A stretch of 64,000 nucleotides of DNA from Dimorphilus gyrociliatus (lineage: Eukaryota > Animalia > Annelida), in contig CAJFCJ010000012.1 in assembly GCA_904063045.1 (NCBI GenBank), positions 2,221,709 to 2,285,708 of the forward strand, written 5' to 3'. The notes under the pieces are model-generated. The model was not told where the DNA came from and did not search any database. It saw only the letters and a list, made by a program, of their open reading frames with translations. Positions 21,134 through 35,974 of the stretch are shown piece after piece. Both the position numbers and the translations under genes were made by a program. The first letter of the stretch is position 1. Each line of letters begins with the position of its first letter.

Positions 21134-24100
21134 TTATTGTCGGAGGAAGAAGGCTGCTCCACATTGTAACCATACAGCTTGATCACCTCCACATGGAACA
21201 CCCACTTGACCAACTAGTTTTTCCCTTTCGGCACTTGTATAGATGGGCAAGACAATACTCTCCTCTAGGCTATAAGGTTCTGACGCATCGTTCGGCAACC
21301 ATGCGATAAGGAATTCTGGGACTGGCGATAGACTAGGGGAATTACGTTGATTTTCCACTAAACGTTTACCGTCAAAAACGCATCCCTCAACTCTTAGACC
21401 TCCTAATTTCATATGTATAGACGCTCCTTGAATTTGTCCTTTCCACGATGCTACTAATTTTAGATTATCCATTGAAGTGCCTGTCTTCCTTGCCGTCATT
21501 TGTTTAAAAGCATTTAGGAAGACGTCTGGACGGAATAGTTCACATAAATCAAGTGTAGTCGAAAAGATTTGGTCTTTTTTCACTTTCTCTATCCATTCTT
21601 TCGTTACGCTATTTGCTCTGAATACAATCGCCCTTAAATAAGCCATAATATCTTCTGGTCCTTCCCATTTGGTCTGCCATTTCATGGGGGTTTCATTATT
21701 TAATAGATCAGCAGCTAAGTTTGCAATATCTGATGTCAAAAGCATTGTTCCTCTAATAACTTTACTTAGGGACGACAGAGCGTTATGAATACTATGAATA
21801 AGCGATAAAGCATTCTGATATTCGAGTGTAACAAATGCGGTAATGGGGGATTCATTCTCCTTACTTGCCGTCGTATCAGCCTTCATCTTTATGAGATCCG
21901 AACCTGAGCAAAAGAGATTTTAAATTGATTTTAGACTGATATTTAGACGGAATACACTTAAAACCTTGATTTAATTTTTTCCACAAGTTTAGAACAGGAC
22001 CTAGTTGATTGGCCCATAATTCTCTATCAAATTTAGCGCTACCTCCAGCCGATCTTTGTAATGTTCGTAATTGACCGATGACAGAAGTTCCAATACTTTG
22101 TTGAGTTGCTCTTTCGATGTTCTCAGGTAGACCAAAGTAAGCTGGTCTATCAAGCTCTTGTAACTTAGATATTTCCGTCATATAATCTTCAGAGTTTGTT
22201 GACGACTGCATTTTCATTGGTCCTATTTAAAAGCAGATATTAATAATGAAAATGATGAATAAATGAATAAATAAATAAGTAAACAAGTTAAAATAATTTA
22301 TGCTTAACCGAGTTTTCTATTTGCTTTAGCTTGAGGAGATATCTGATTTGTATTAAAATACTGTAAAAGGAAGCTTTTGAGTACTCTTTGATCGAAAATG
22401 TTGTCTACTCTTCCTCCATAAATAGCGTTTTCCATCAAACCGTGCACAAAATTCCAAGGAATCTGGTTACCTTTACCAGTTCTCTTAAATAATCTATCAA
22501 TCACCTCGGCTCCGGCTCTTAAATCCGAAAAACTAAACTCGTAGAATTTTGTCCAGCCTTGTGGTAAGAAATTTCTTCTTTCGCTCATTACTGAATGGAA
22601 CCAAGCAAGAACAAACATTGCTTGCGATCGTTCCGAATTTCCTCCAGCAGATATGAAACTAGGTCCCCATGCTTCGTATGTTCTTAATAGATTCTTCTTG
22701 ACACCAGGTGGGGCTTCGTATGTGATTTTTAGTGTAGATTGTAGCAAAATGGGTGGAAATTTTGGGTGAGATTCGGCGGTAAACCACAACCGGAAGTTTG
22801 GATGTAATTTCAAACTTTTTATCGACTATAGTTGAAAAAAGAAGACGAGAATTGACAATGAAAGTGGACATTTTAAATAATTCACCTTTTCTAATGTACC
22901 CAACCACGATGTGACCAAATGCAAATTCTTTAAACACAGCCATGAACCATTTTCTGAACATTCCTTTAACAGTTTCATTGCAATTTCTGCTTGACCTTGA
23001 CCCATAGCCACTTGAAAATACTTATCAGATCCTACTATCTCTTTGGCTAATTCCTCTAGGTCTTGGGAGGGGTCGGCTCCTGTAGATATTATTATAAGAA
23101 TAGGTTCATCAGGACTGGTTTCATCTTCGTACAATTTCTTTAGATTCACGTTCGGGGGCGAGAGTTCATCCATACCTATAAGTTCATAAGATAACGGAGT
23201 TTTTGATATCTTTTTTTGATTTAAAAGTACTTACTAAGCGCTTTACAAGCAAATGTTGTCATCGCCGACTGCAGTCTGTCAGGTCTAATTGCAGAGATTG
23301 TTAAGAGGTGCTGAAAAATGCCACAGTTTTTATCAATATGAGATGGAATGTCATCTTCGCATTCTGCGCTTCTTGCGAATTTTGACCATCCAGATAAATC
23401 TTTAAGACTTAATTTCTCGAATAAATCAGGGAATGCGTGCTTCAGCAAAAGAACAGCTTGCGATCTGTCCTTTTCAACCCAATCTGGCAATTCTATATCT
23501 TTCTCGCCTTTAGTATCAACAACAAGAATACCGATGAAATATTCCCATTCATTCTCTTCAAATATTGTCGGAAACATTCCATGAACCATATGAATGGCAA
23601 ACATTAATCTATCTGCCTTAAACAAAGATCGACTAACATAATTATAAACTAGCTTTAGGAGAGATGATTTCAATGTACTAATTCTAGATTCTGTCCCTAA
23701 ACCATCCTGTTGTTATAAATTATTTAAACAAATTCAATAAATAATTAGCAATGTACGGAAATTATACGTACGTCTTTAGTATCTAATGCTCTGTTGAATA
23801 AACTGAGAAAGGAGTTTAAAGAAAATCTATACATATTGTCAATTTTAAATAAATCACTTATAACAAAGAACATTTCACTAGCATATTCTGCTAGTGGAAG
23901 GTAAGCTCCTCTTTCCTTATCCAAAAAGATTTGTAATTCCTTTGATTCAGCAAGAGATTTTGATATAGTTGTACTACTCTCTTTCGTTTTATTTAATGAA
24001 TCTAAAAGTTCCTTATTCTCAAGTATATTTCCTTTAGCGTTGGCTAATTGTTCTAAAAGAGACGCTTCTAGTTTCTCTAATTCAATTTTTAATTTTTCTT

Positions 24101-27100
24101 CAGCTTTCAATAATTCAGTCTTTTTTACTTCTAATTCCGGTTTCTCATGTTGTATTGTTGCTGCTAAAAGTTGTCCAGTCAAGCCAGCTTTAGTAGTTGT
24201 AAAATTAACTATTGTTACTATTGACGAAGCGTCTGGAGCTAATTCAGGCGATGGATTACGAGTTGTCAAGAAAATTTTAAACTCTTCGTTGTAATCTATA
24301 ACTTTATCGCCTATTTGAACAACAAATCTCGGTCCTTGTTGAATTAGGTCACCTCTCAAAATAGGATATAGTAATGGTTCGATACCGTCAGCTTCCGTTA
24401 TTAGTAGGGTCTTACCAAATCTAACAGATAATTCTAAAGTTGTTCCAAAACTACTATCTTGCTGATTAATTACTTCTAAACGATTGTTTTTCATATGTGT
24501 TTTCAACCATTCCGTTGCTCTTGATGACGGATCTATCATGAATGGTCTCAAAGCTTTTCCAGGTTTTTGCGGGTTAATTTTAAGCATAACCATGGCATTT
24601 TCTAAACTTAAATTATCGGACGGGAGACCTTCACCTTTCCAAAATAATTGTTCACTCTCAGTGCTCAAAAATTTTTGAATATTCAAATCTTCAATATTCA
24701 TAAATTTCATCCAAGACTGAACCTTTTCCGTTCTACAATCTTCCGAAGCATTCGAAAGATAGGTTACGAAACCCGCTCCTATGATAGCTCTCAATGGTAG
24801 TTCATCTAACTCCCTCTTTAATTCTCCTACCTGACCGCTCCATCTATCGTATTCACCTTGTAACTTTCCTACAAGTGATTCTGCAGCAGCAATAGTTTCT
24901 TCAGCCTTTTCTAGCTCAATTTTTAATCTTGTAGCCTCGCTAGTCATTCTTTCGAATGTTGCCTTTAAATTTGCAACTTTTTCATCAACAGCTGCTAAGT
25001 TCTGTTTTAATTTTGTTGCTTTATCTTCAATTTTTGCCAGATTACTTTGCAGTTTGTTTTGTTCATTTTCTAAAGGCTCTATATTTTCTATAACATTGGC
25101 ATACTTAATTTGTGCCCTTACCCAGTTAGCCAAAGGTGCAGCAGCTTGCGAAGCCTTCTTCGCACTCTGAAATAAGGAATAAACTTAATTTGCATAACAT
25201 TTGTGTAACAATCAGTTACTTACAACAGGATCAAAAGATCTCTCTTTCTTCTTCAATAAATCTTCTACCGTTTTTCGTGCCTTTTTCGGAATTTTACGTG
25301 CATCAAACTGTACAATATCTTGCGTCACTCCTCTTTTACCCAGAAAAGCCTTCATACTATTCCAAGAAGTGTCCTGAATACCCATTAGTCTCAGTGCTCC
25401 TTCCAAAATATCTCTAATAACTTCCGGTGGAGATTTCAACGCTCTTATTTCGTTGAGGGATTCTGGTCTTATACAACCAACAGCCTCCTTAGCTTCTGCT
25501 AGCAAAGGCTCAACCTAGTAGGAGAGAAATCTATTTTTTACGATACATCATGTTTTGAATGTTACTTACGCCTGATAATTCTGCATCAATGTCTTCTTTT
25601 CTTTTTGTAATATTAATGGTTTCTTTATCTATTACAATTTGCAATTTTTCCATCTCAACTTTCTGATCTCCAGCGTCAGCCATTGTTTTTGTGATTTCTT
25701 TCAGTGCCTTATCAGCCTCCTCTTGTTTTTGAGTAAGGATAACACTTTGTTCTCCTGCCTCTCTTTTTAAGTTATCTACCAGCTCTTTCGCTTCATTCAA
25801 TTTAGAAATACCAGCTTGTAAATGACCTCTTCTAACTTCAATGGTACTTTTCTTTGCATCATATAAATTCGAATACATATTTACGAAGGCCAAAAATTTT
25901 CGAGGTGTAGCGTCCAAACTTTGACAGGATTTATGAATAAATAGGAAACCGTTTAGTAGTTGATCCCCTCCTGATAACTTTCGTTGATTAGCTATTTGCT
26001 TTTGTTCAGTTGTAGGTATTGAACCTCCTTCATGAGATGGTTCTGTTAGAATGAGATGGGGAATGCTAATCATACTAGAAGAAGACCATTCGTCCATCCA
26101 TATTACAGTACATTCTTTTAAAATAGCAGGATTACTTTGTAGCTTAAGGGAAAATGTAGCATTCGAGCAATCCATAATTAATACAACATGAAGGTTACTT
26201 CGAACTCTTTTAGCAAATAGTGATGGTAGTGTTCCCCTATAACCTTCTTCTATAGCTTGTTCTTTTAAACATCCCACAGCAGCATCTAATTCTTCAACAG
26301 TATATAATCCTGGTATTTCGCCTGCAGCTAAAACGGAATTGATCATTTCTAAGAAAGATCCGTGAACCAATTGATGATCTTCTAGTAACAAAACAACTTG
26401 ATCTCCATCAATACCGGCTTGTTGCATGACAGTCTTTAAATCGAGCTTAAACTGCTTCATTCCATATGATCTAGAAACCTTTGGGCTAAATAATGTCATA
26501 CCCTGCATATGAGATACAAGAACTAAGGCAGTTCGACGGCCAATACCGCTTCGTCCTAAAATTATTAATATTATACTATATATGGTACTAATTGTAATCC
26601 ATACAACGAACCTGCTAAGAGTAAGGAACCTCCTGGAACTGTTAAAACTCTGTTGACCCTAGACATAGCTTCATAAACTTCTTTAAATATTACCAACTCT
26701 AAGTCTCTCTGATCTCTGGAGTAAGCTACTAAGGCTTTATCAAGAATTTGATTAAAATCATCCAAACCAAAAGTCCCTAGTGTCATGCCATTTTCCGGAA
26801 CCGGTTTTCCCGGTCCTTCACCTTCTATATCAGCCGCAAAAGTTGTGAAATATTTTCCTTCTAAATTATTTAATATGGAGGCATCCCAATTTACTTTTAG
26901 GCATTCTTCGAATAGATCATCAAATTGTTTCTTTGCTTCCTCTCCAACAATTCTATCTCGGAATAATCTGTGAGCTTCGTATGCCCACACTTCAAGAAGA
27001 TAGTCACCACTTTGATCCTTTACGGCTTGAAGATTGTACCTAGTTAATTTCGATAAAATTAAATTATTTAATTAATATAAGGCAGAATTTTACCTATGAA

Positions 27101-30100
27101 GACCTTGAAGCCACGCAGTTAAGTGTCTTGGTGTAAAAGAGTAATGACTGTAGTCGTCAACGGAAAATGTTGACTTTAATTTTTCGTACAATTCTATCAT
27201 AGCTGATGCTAAATTATGCAATTTAGCATCATCGCTCCATATTGGATGCTTAGGTAGTTTGGATGAAAGAATTGTTTTTAGGGATTTCGCGTAAATAGCT
27301 TCCAGTTGATCTTTGTCAGGATAGTCAATAGAACAAACTCTAACAATTGAAGAGTATCTTGTTGATATTTTATGACGTCCCATTCCTGATGCATTCATAC
27401 TTGCGGCTATAAGAATTCCTTCGATCCCCACGAATTCTAAATTCTCATCGTAAAATCCTTTATAAAGGAGAAGCTGAAAGCCAATTTTGTTAATTAAAAA
27501 GACAACCTTATCAAGAATCTACTAACACTTTGTAGGAATGATATTAACATGCAAGTTCCGTACTTATCGGGTTTCGGAAGATTTAAATCCTTAAGGTAGA
27601 GAACTAGATTTTCGCTATCCTTGGGTTTCATCATTTTACCTGTATTAGTAACGATTGTTGTACAAAGTGCCGTTAACTTTTGAATAACATGTTCCGGTCC
27701 TGTCTGAGCGCTACAAAAGAGTGTTGCAACTTGAGTTGATCTCATACGATCGAAACAATATTGTAAGAGTAAAGTCTTTCCGCAGCCTTCAGGACCAACG
27801 AGAATAAAAGGCTGCGACTCCTTAGTTTGTACCCAAGGCTGTACGCAATCCAACGTTCGTTTTACATCAGAAGTCTTTACTATAACAGAATTCTCTTCAT
27901 CTGTTTGATCCATTGAGTATAAGGATAGTCTAGAAAGATCAGTATCATAATAAGTATCTAAAATTCTTGAAGGATCAGGAGGAGTTTCACCAATCCAATC
28001 AAAGATTTCTTTTGCAAAAGTTTCTCTAATGGTAACTGGGAGATTTGACCCAAATCCTTTAATGAGACATACTGCAAATTGTGGGCTATTTTCGGCATAA
28101 TGTAAATGAGAAAGACCACTTAGCACAATACCAACGAGAGTCATTTCAACGATGAGATCAAATCTTGCATTTTTTAATATCCAATCTAAAGATTTAAAGA
28201 ATAATTGATCAATCCATTTTTGAAAATCTGCCCTTTTCTCCTGAGGTTGTTTTTTTAACCAAAAGCTAACAACAGCTCTAACATCAGTATCTTCGTCACT
28301 TATGAAAATCATACCCATTCTGTATAAATGGATAATATATTTGTTAAAGAAAGTATCAATATTATAGAATATTAATTAATATGAGAAACCTTGAAACAGT
28401 CGCTGGTGACGCGAAACTTAAATCATGGCATTCGAAAAGGAAGTTTGCATTTGGACCAAATTGAATTCTTTCCCCGCTTGGCATTGTTAGCAAGCGATTA
28501 TCGTCAAGTACTGAATTAAGGGATTCAATCCACTCAGGATCGATATCTCCGTCACAAACAACCCATGATCGAATCTCATTCGGCTCCTTGATTACTTGCC
28601 TAGACGCCCAGGTTAGTACCCCATCTGACCACTCTCTCGTGTCCATATCGATGTTTCCCAGCAACATCTGACGTGGCATAGCTTTTGGATTCATGACGTA
28701 TTTTTTAACAACTGTCCCTGTTTTACCCATGGCACTCTGTAAAAGTTTCCAAAGGGTAGATTTCCCGGAGCCACTTGGTCCGACAACGACCACACCCATT
28801 CTTTGAGATAACTGATCAAACAATTCTAAACATTTTTTTATTTGAGTGTCGTTAACATCCAATCCCATTTCATTGCAACATTCTTTTAGAGCAGCTTCCA
28901 ATTGCTCGTATTCAATACCCTTAAAGTTTACACCGGGGAAAACGTCCGTCAACAGCCCTTCAAACCTTTTAGCATCAGAAAACGTTAATTTTGACAAAGT
29001 GTTAATACGTAAGGCTTGAACGCAAAGCGTCGCTTCCTAAAATTTAAAGACAAACTATACTAATTAAAAATTTTATTTGCCTTTCTAGAATCTTACTTGT
29101 TCATTTGTGAACTTTTGACCCGAATTATTCTTTTTCAAGTTTTGTAACAGCGATCCACAACCTCTTAGAATTGTTTTTAAAGATCTAAGACCCCAATCGT
29201 AATGTTGTTGAGGAGTTAATAATTCTTTTGATAAATTAAATACAGCAACAACCTTCCTTCCCAGACTCTTTGCGAATTTATAACCCTCGGAAAATAGTGT
29301 TACTTCGGCAATGAGATCATTATCGGGTTTAGACATAGCAACGGGTCTAAACAATTGCTTTAAATTATCGGGTAATTTTGAACGACCTCCGTAACCTTTT
29401 CCAGCCGGATTCAAAGTGATAAAAATACCGGCATTATGATCAATGTCTACTAATTTATTCATAACGGTTGCTTCAGGAGCTCTGATTTTAATTGCATCTT
29501 GTATAACTTGAATTTGCATAGATACGGCTGAAAGAACCGCCTCATCCAATCTATTAAACTCGTCAAAACATCCCCAAGCGCCGCACTTTACTAAACCTAT
29601 AAAGATTCTTCCCATTGACTGAACATCAATACCTTCATCGCAATTAAATACCAGAACTTGGCGACCAAATAAACCACCAAGGGCTTTCACGGATTCTGTC
29701 TTTCCTGTATAAATTATCTCGTAAGTTATATTTAATGATGAATTTTAAATAGACTATCTTAAAGAATTATTGAATTTAAATCTAATTACCTGTTCCAGCT
29801 GGCCCATACGGATTTCCGCCCATTCCCATTGACATTGCTTGAGTTAAAGTCAAGTAGCATTTATCCGTTAAGGGAGTGTGTACCAATTTCCCTGCATTTC
29901 CCTGATACTCGTAAGTATAATCGAATTCGGCATCCACCATCCTCATAATGCAGCAATCATCCTTCATATAATAGCGCAATTGCTTTTGCCATTGCCATTC
30001 TTGAATGGAGGTGATTTCATTGCTCATTTGTTGTTCTATGACATCTATATTATGAATGCAGTCGAGAATCAGGGATTTTAATTTAAGATCAAGAACATGA

Positions 30101-33100
30101 CCTTGGGAACCAGCTTCAGATATATCAACATTAGTATATGATTCCAATTGTCTAGACATATCTTCGTGGAATTTTTTAAGACCTTTTCCATTAATCATTT
30201 TCTCGCAAGCACCGGTAAACCGAACAAACTCTGCTACGCTCAAAATTTGAGATGGATAAGCTAATGGATCAGCACCACCAGAGTTTGATTTCATGTCATC
30301 GAGGCATTTGACTAACAGGTCTTTAAGTGTATTTTTCATTTGAACGGCTAGATCGCTTAACCAAACTTCTACAGCGTCAACAATTTTTACAGATTCATTT
30401 AAAGGAACAATTTCTCCTTCGAGCGATTTCATTGCGATAATTTTTGAACAAGTTTCATCGAATTGAACGCTATGAATTCCAGAGAATAATTTTTTTAAGT
30501 GAGCTTGAATAACTTGAGGATTAGTAGATTGGCCAAGAATTTCTAACATATCATCATCGCCAATAAAGTAAAATCTAGGAAAGAGACCTCGTTTCTCCTC
30601 TAAAAGTTCGTTTAAAGACTTTTGACATCTATGTAACTGTTCAAGACTTTGAATCAAAGCTTGACCCAATCCTTTTATATCAACGAGAGATAAAACTTTC
30701 GTATTATTCTGTATTTCTTTCATCCAACCTCGAAAATCTGTGTCGACAGATTTAAATCTACCTTGTTCTTTAGGAAGAGCTCCTCTACTAAAAATTGGTT
30801 CAAGATAGACCCACTTTCTTTGAATTTGATTTAAATTATGCAAGCATTCATCAAGACAAGCCAATCTAACTTCCCATATTGAAGCTTTATCCTCAAACAC
30901 CTTATAATAAGGAGAATCTTTAAGAGACTGCAATAAACTCTGATTATCTCCTACAAGCGATAACAGATCTTTCCAGTCTTTTATTAAACTTATTTTCCGT
31001 TTTAGTGTATCCTCGTAATCAGACAGTGCAAAATGGGCGCTGGCTCCCCATATATCCAATTCTTTTAAAGCATCTCTAATGGATATTTCTCCTTGCGCTC
31101 TTAAATTCAATTCCTTAATAAGTTAAAATTACGTTTATTCTATTAATTTCTATTAATGCTATAGTTATTTAATTACCTTTAGTTTGTCTGCTTTTTCGAT
31201 AATTACCGCTGTTGCAGAAATTATATCACCGAATGTTAATTTTTCAATTGTCATTGCTTTTGGCATTGAGACTATTGAAAAGAACTCGGCCCAATGTTCC
31301 GGGGTAAGTGGTTCTCCTCTAACCCATTTTAATTGGGGTATTAGTTGTTTATAACTATCAATCATTTTACGCAGTTTTATTATCATAGGAGAAGGTTCGT
31401 CGGTTTTTAACTTGTCATTCCATCCCGTTAAAAGTTCGTCAAATTGAAAATATCTCGATCTAAACGATACCCAATCCTCGTTAGCGTATGTTTGAACGGA
31501 TTGAGAGAATTCATCATACAAATTCCACATTTCTTCATATTTGGCAATTTCCGTTTCGAGTTCAGAAATTATTGAAAATTCTGGGGTTTCTATTTCGAAA
31601 TGATGGCAGTCTCTATCGATAATTGTTTTTACTTCAAGCAATTCTTTAAATTCTTGCCTCTTCTCTTTAACAGTTTCAACGGCGGCTTTACATTTGTCGT
31701 CTCCTTCGTCAACAACATCATCGGTAGGACGAAATTGTTTCCATCTAGCTGCGAACTTTTCCAATTGAACCTCGAAATCGGTAATCCTCGATTTCATATT
31801 TGACTTAAGAACGTCTAATTGATCTTTTATCATTAATTGATGAGATTCAATCATCAATTCAAACTTATCCCATTTTCCTTTTTGTAAGCCTAACGAATCG
31901 ACTCCTCCACCAGCAACTTGTCTAAGTAGTTTATTCCTGCTTTCGGCATCCTTGAAAAGAATTACATTTTATGTATTAGAGCATTATTTAGAAAAAATAA
32001 TGTAATGGAAAGAAAGAAACCTGCATTAAGACCGACAAATCCTTCTTATCAGCACAGAGCTCTAACCTTGCCGCGTTTGCTTCCCCTATTTCCTGAACTG
32101 TTTGAGGTCTTGTACCAAGCAGTTCCATACCGTCTGTAAGGAATTTTTCAATTTTTTCGGCGTGACGAGAAACTGAACGCCTCAAAGTAGCCACAATTTC
32201 ATCATAAAGCCTTTGCATGTGTTCTTCGATTGTCATTTTGACGGGAGATGTATTTATGAGAATGCAGCCAACTTTTACTTCAGATGGAAGCTTCTCCGAG
32301 GCTCTTCCCTTAGCTTTTAATGCTTTGAGATTATTTTCGAAATGACTTAGATCAGTCAAGTGGTTTTCTAGAAAATCTTCAAGGTCCACTGTGCCAAAAA
32401 CAACCCATTCTTCAAATTTCTTAATAACTTCCCTTAACCTGGAGAAAAGAGCAGCCGATTTCCTATAGGTTTCAATAAATTTTGATCCAGCCCTATCAAT
32501 TACAGCACTAAATAAACCCGAAGCCTCATCACCGAATCCCTAGATAAAGAAAAATGTTACAAAACTAGCGGATGCGTTTAATAAAAATTAGAGAAAACCT
32601 TAAAATAGTTTGGTATACCAAGGAACTTTTTCAATTCTTTATAATATCTTGCTTGCACTTCTTCGAAGCATGGTCGAAATTGTAATTTTTGACTTCTGTA
32701 ATTATAGTAAGACTATATATACTGTATACATTTATATATTTAATTATTGTATATTTAATTGTGTACATCTTCCATATCTATTCATAATCTCTTTTACTTC
32801 TTAAACTTACTTAAAAACTAGATCAACGTGAATTTCTTGTAAATTGTCATTTACAGTTTCTAATCCAACTAGGTACTGATGTTCTAAAGATTTGTATAAT
32901 TGTCTGTCTAAATGTGCTTTCCAAACTCTCATATTTGCAGCCGGATAACCTTGAGTTAGGAGAGAAGCAAATATCTGCCTTATATCCATAAGATATTCCT
33001 TCCATTTAGCTTGTTGTTTGAGCAAATCGATGCTCATAAGTGCACTAATCTAATTATTATGGGAAAATCATTAATTATTGCAATTATTTGGCATGCGTTA

Positions 33101-35469
33101 ATCGATTTTTAGATGGAAATAGTAAACCTTATCAAGAATTGAAAAGTGATATTTTCTTAATTTACGATTCTCAACAATTAATTTAAAAGAAGCGTTTTGT
33201 AATTTTTTAATATACTCTTCCAATTCAGAGGGTTGATCCCAAGTTACTTCAATTTCATCACCATCTTTATTTTTTAATTTAGGATTCTTAATTAACCTTT
33301 CAAATGCAACTGCTGAATCTAGCATTAACGCTTGTTGGCACTTTAACATTTGATCATCAATTGTATTGTAAAAGTGAGCAATTTGTTTTAAAATTATTGC
33401 TTGTTTATAGTATTTATCACCAGTGGTTGCCATTGTTTGTATTTTTGACGGTATTACGTAACCGAAATTACCTAGAGTTTTAACTTCTCTTAGTAATGTA
33501 ACAAGCCTGGAAATATAAACAAAAATGTTCGTTAATCGTTTGTTTTTTGCTCTTCGTTTCTAAAAATAGATTTTATACCTATCGCCAAAGTTAACCTTTA
33601 ACTTTCCATCCCTTAAACCTAATTTCATTGCTCTTCCCTTCGTTTCCAAGCTAATATCGGAATCTTTTTCATCGATTAAATCGCCTATTCTTCTACACCA
33701 ATCATCAAACACTTTTTTACGCCAACTTTGACATTCCATTTGACATTTCGAGGCAAATTTTTGTATTTTATCAAATCCGTTCAAATCGGATAAAAGCCAT
33801 TCAGAATTTTCCGAAATTTGTTGAAATTTCGTTTCAAAATTTGTACACCAAACTATCTGAGCAACTATTAAGGGTTGATTATTTCCTCGGTAAAGATTTT
33901 CACTCCCCTCTCCGACAACCTTTTGAAATTCTTCAACATTTTCCTTTACATAAACTTCTAGCTTACCGAGTAAAGCTTCCCTATTTTAAGTTTGTAATAA
34001 ATGTTATACTTCCTGTTTTAAACATCTATGTTGCCTTTAAAAATGCCTATATACCTCTCAGTCAGCATAATTTTCTTGACGTAATTCTGTTCGACCAAAG
34101 GTTTATATTTTTGAAATGTCTTCATTAGCTAATTGAATAAAGAATATTGTTCCTTGAATGCTATTTATAGAATTTTACGATATTTCTTTACCATTTGTAA
34201 ATTTCCGTCAAAGCTTTCTAATTGTCGTCTTAATTTACCGACAACTTTTACGGCTCCGGGTTCAAGGAGTCTATTAAATTGATCTACAGCCGCATTCCAT
34301 AGTGGCTCAGTATAGGAATTATATTTGACAGGATTTAGACCAGAAAAAGGAACGAATATACTATTAATGCCTAATTCTTTACATTCCTCGTCAGAAAGTA
34401 GATTTTTAAGCTGTTCGTGAGCCGATCTTATTGTTATGATTTGACGTAGTCTCAGCTTCAGTTTAACGAGACCTAGAGATTTATTTAAAACAATATTAAT
34501 TCATTTTCATATGTCTATAATTAATAATTAAGGATAATCAATCGAACCTTGAGGAATATATTTTTCACCTTTCCAAGGTCTTTCGGAGAATCTGTTCCAG
34601 AATTGTTCAAAGAGTGTTGAACACACTCTTATCCAGGCATCGCAACTGTGCACTGATAAATTTATTTGCAATCTTATATTGCTTTCTTTGTCATGCCAGA
34701 CGTCTAGAGATGTTAAACTACGATTTATAGATTTTGTTACAGAGTCTGTGATTACTTCTAAAAATCTTCTCATTCTCTTTTCAGGATAAGGCGGAGAAAT
34801 TTGCTTCCATAAATCATCCAAAACGTCCTGACATTCGTCTAAAGTATCTGAAATTTCTTCTAGATCTAACGAGTCTAAATCCGCCAGATCCTTTGCAACT
34901 GGATGGAGTACCTCTTGTATTTGTTCCGCTTGCTCATTTCGTTTCTTTGCTGCATCGTTCCAATACTGAATTTCATCAGCGGGCGAACAAATAACATCCG
35001 AACTGGCTATCGAGGGGTCTGTCCTCCTCAAATTAGCTCCTAGGCCGTCTTGTAGATCAGTAACAAGCTGTTCAAGGGTGGGCTCCAATTTCGACTTTGA
35101 ATCGGTTAGAAGAAGGGGAGCGAAAACTGACTTTAGTGAATGATAAAAGCTAGAAATAGGTGAAGAAAGCATAGAAGATATAAGTAAAACTTGATGCATA
35201 TTTTGAGGTGTAATAGACTCTGGTTTAGTCTTGAAGAAGAGTAATATCTTTTTATCTCTCTCCTCATCAAGACGTTCTGAGAAGGTAATTTTATCATTAT
35301 TTATAATTTTTGAGAATAGAATTGCAGAGGAAGAATCATCAAGAAAGTTCATGAGATTTTTTTCATCTTTAGTTCCATTAAATATATTTTCAGAGAACGA
35401 AACACCGAAAAAATTGCAACAAGAGACGAGAATGTACTTTTTTCTTTTGTCTTCGTTCGAAGGTGCCAT
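21134..35469 (-). CDS. DYNC2H1: Cytoplasmic dynein 2 heavy chain (retrograde IFT motor), about 4,300 aa, about 23 exons
   Basis: N-terminus resembles dynein-2 ([16 protein letters not shown]). P-loops GPAGTGKT (split by an intron), [16 protein letters not shown] and GRSGIGRR. Stalk, AAA5/6 and C-terminal CGAAFFL present. I traced 22 short introns, all GT-AG and phase-compatible. Confidence 0.97.
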
Positions 35470-35700
35470 ACTCCGGGAATAGGAATTAAATGATAAAGAA
35501 AGCCGTCACAATCCTTAACTAATTAGCAATATTACTTGTAATTGATCTTTTCTTTAAAAAAATCAGTTATAGGCATAAGATTTTCAAATCAATAAGTAAG
35601 CCTACGGAGCAAATAGATTAGAAAGAACTTGATAGCCTATTAGTTGAAAATGGTATGGATTATTTAGGTTTATTTATTTTATTTTGAGTGCTATTTACGG

Positions 35701-35703
<3 letters not shown>

Positions 35704-35747
<44 letters not shown>
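35704..35747. repeat. (TA)22 microsatellite between the E74 stop and the DYNC2H1 start
   Basis: Read directly. Confidence 0.95.
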
Positions 35748-35751
<4 letters not shown>

Positions 35752-35974
35752 TACATATATGTTTAAATGTATATAAATTTGTATTTTTTGTTGATTTTAT
35801 GATATTTTTAAATATAAAATATTCTCAGACTAACAGGAATAAAAGAAGAAAAAATAAAAAGCTATTGCATAGCATGTGTTCTTTTAAAATATAGAAAAAA
35901 TTAACCACAGACCAGCTGCGTTAACAATAAATATTTGTACATATAAAACATGAACATTTTACAGTTTATTCACA

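Noticed and set aside
21134-35469. Fragmented dynein ORFs suggesting frameshifts or a pseudogene
   Set aside because: Each break is a short GT-AG intron with compatible phase, and the spliced length fits a full dynein-2 heavy chain.
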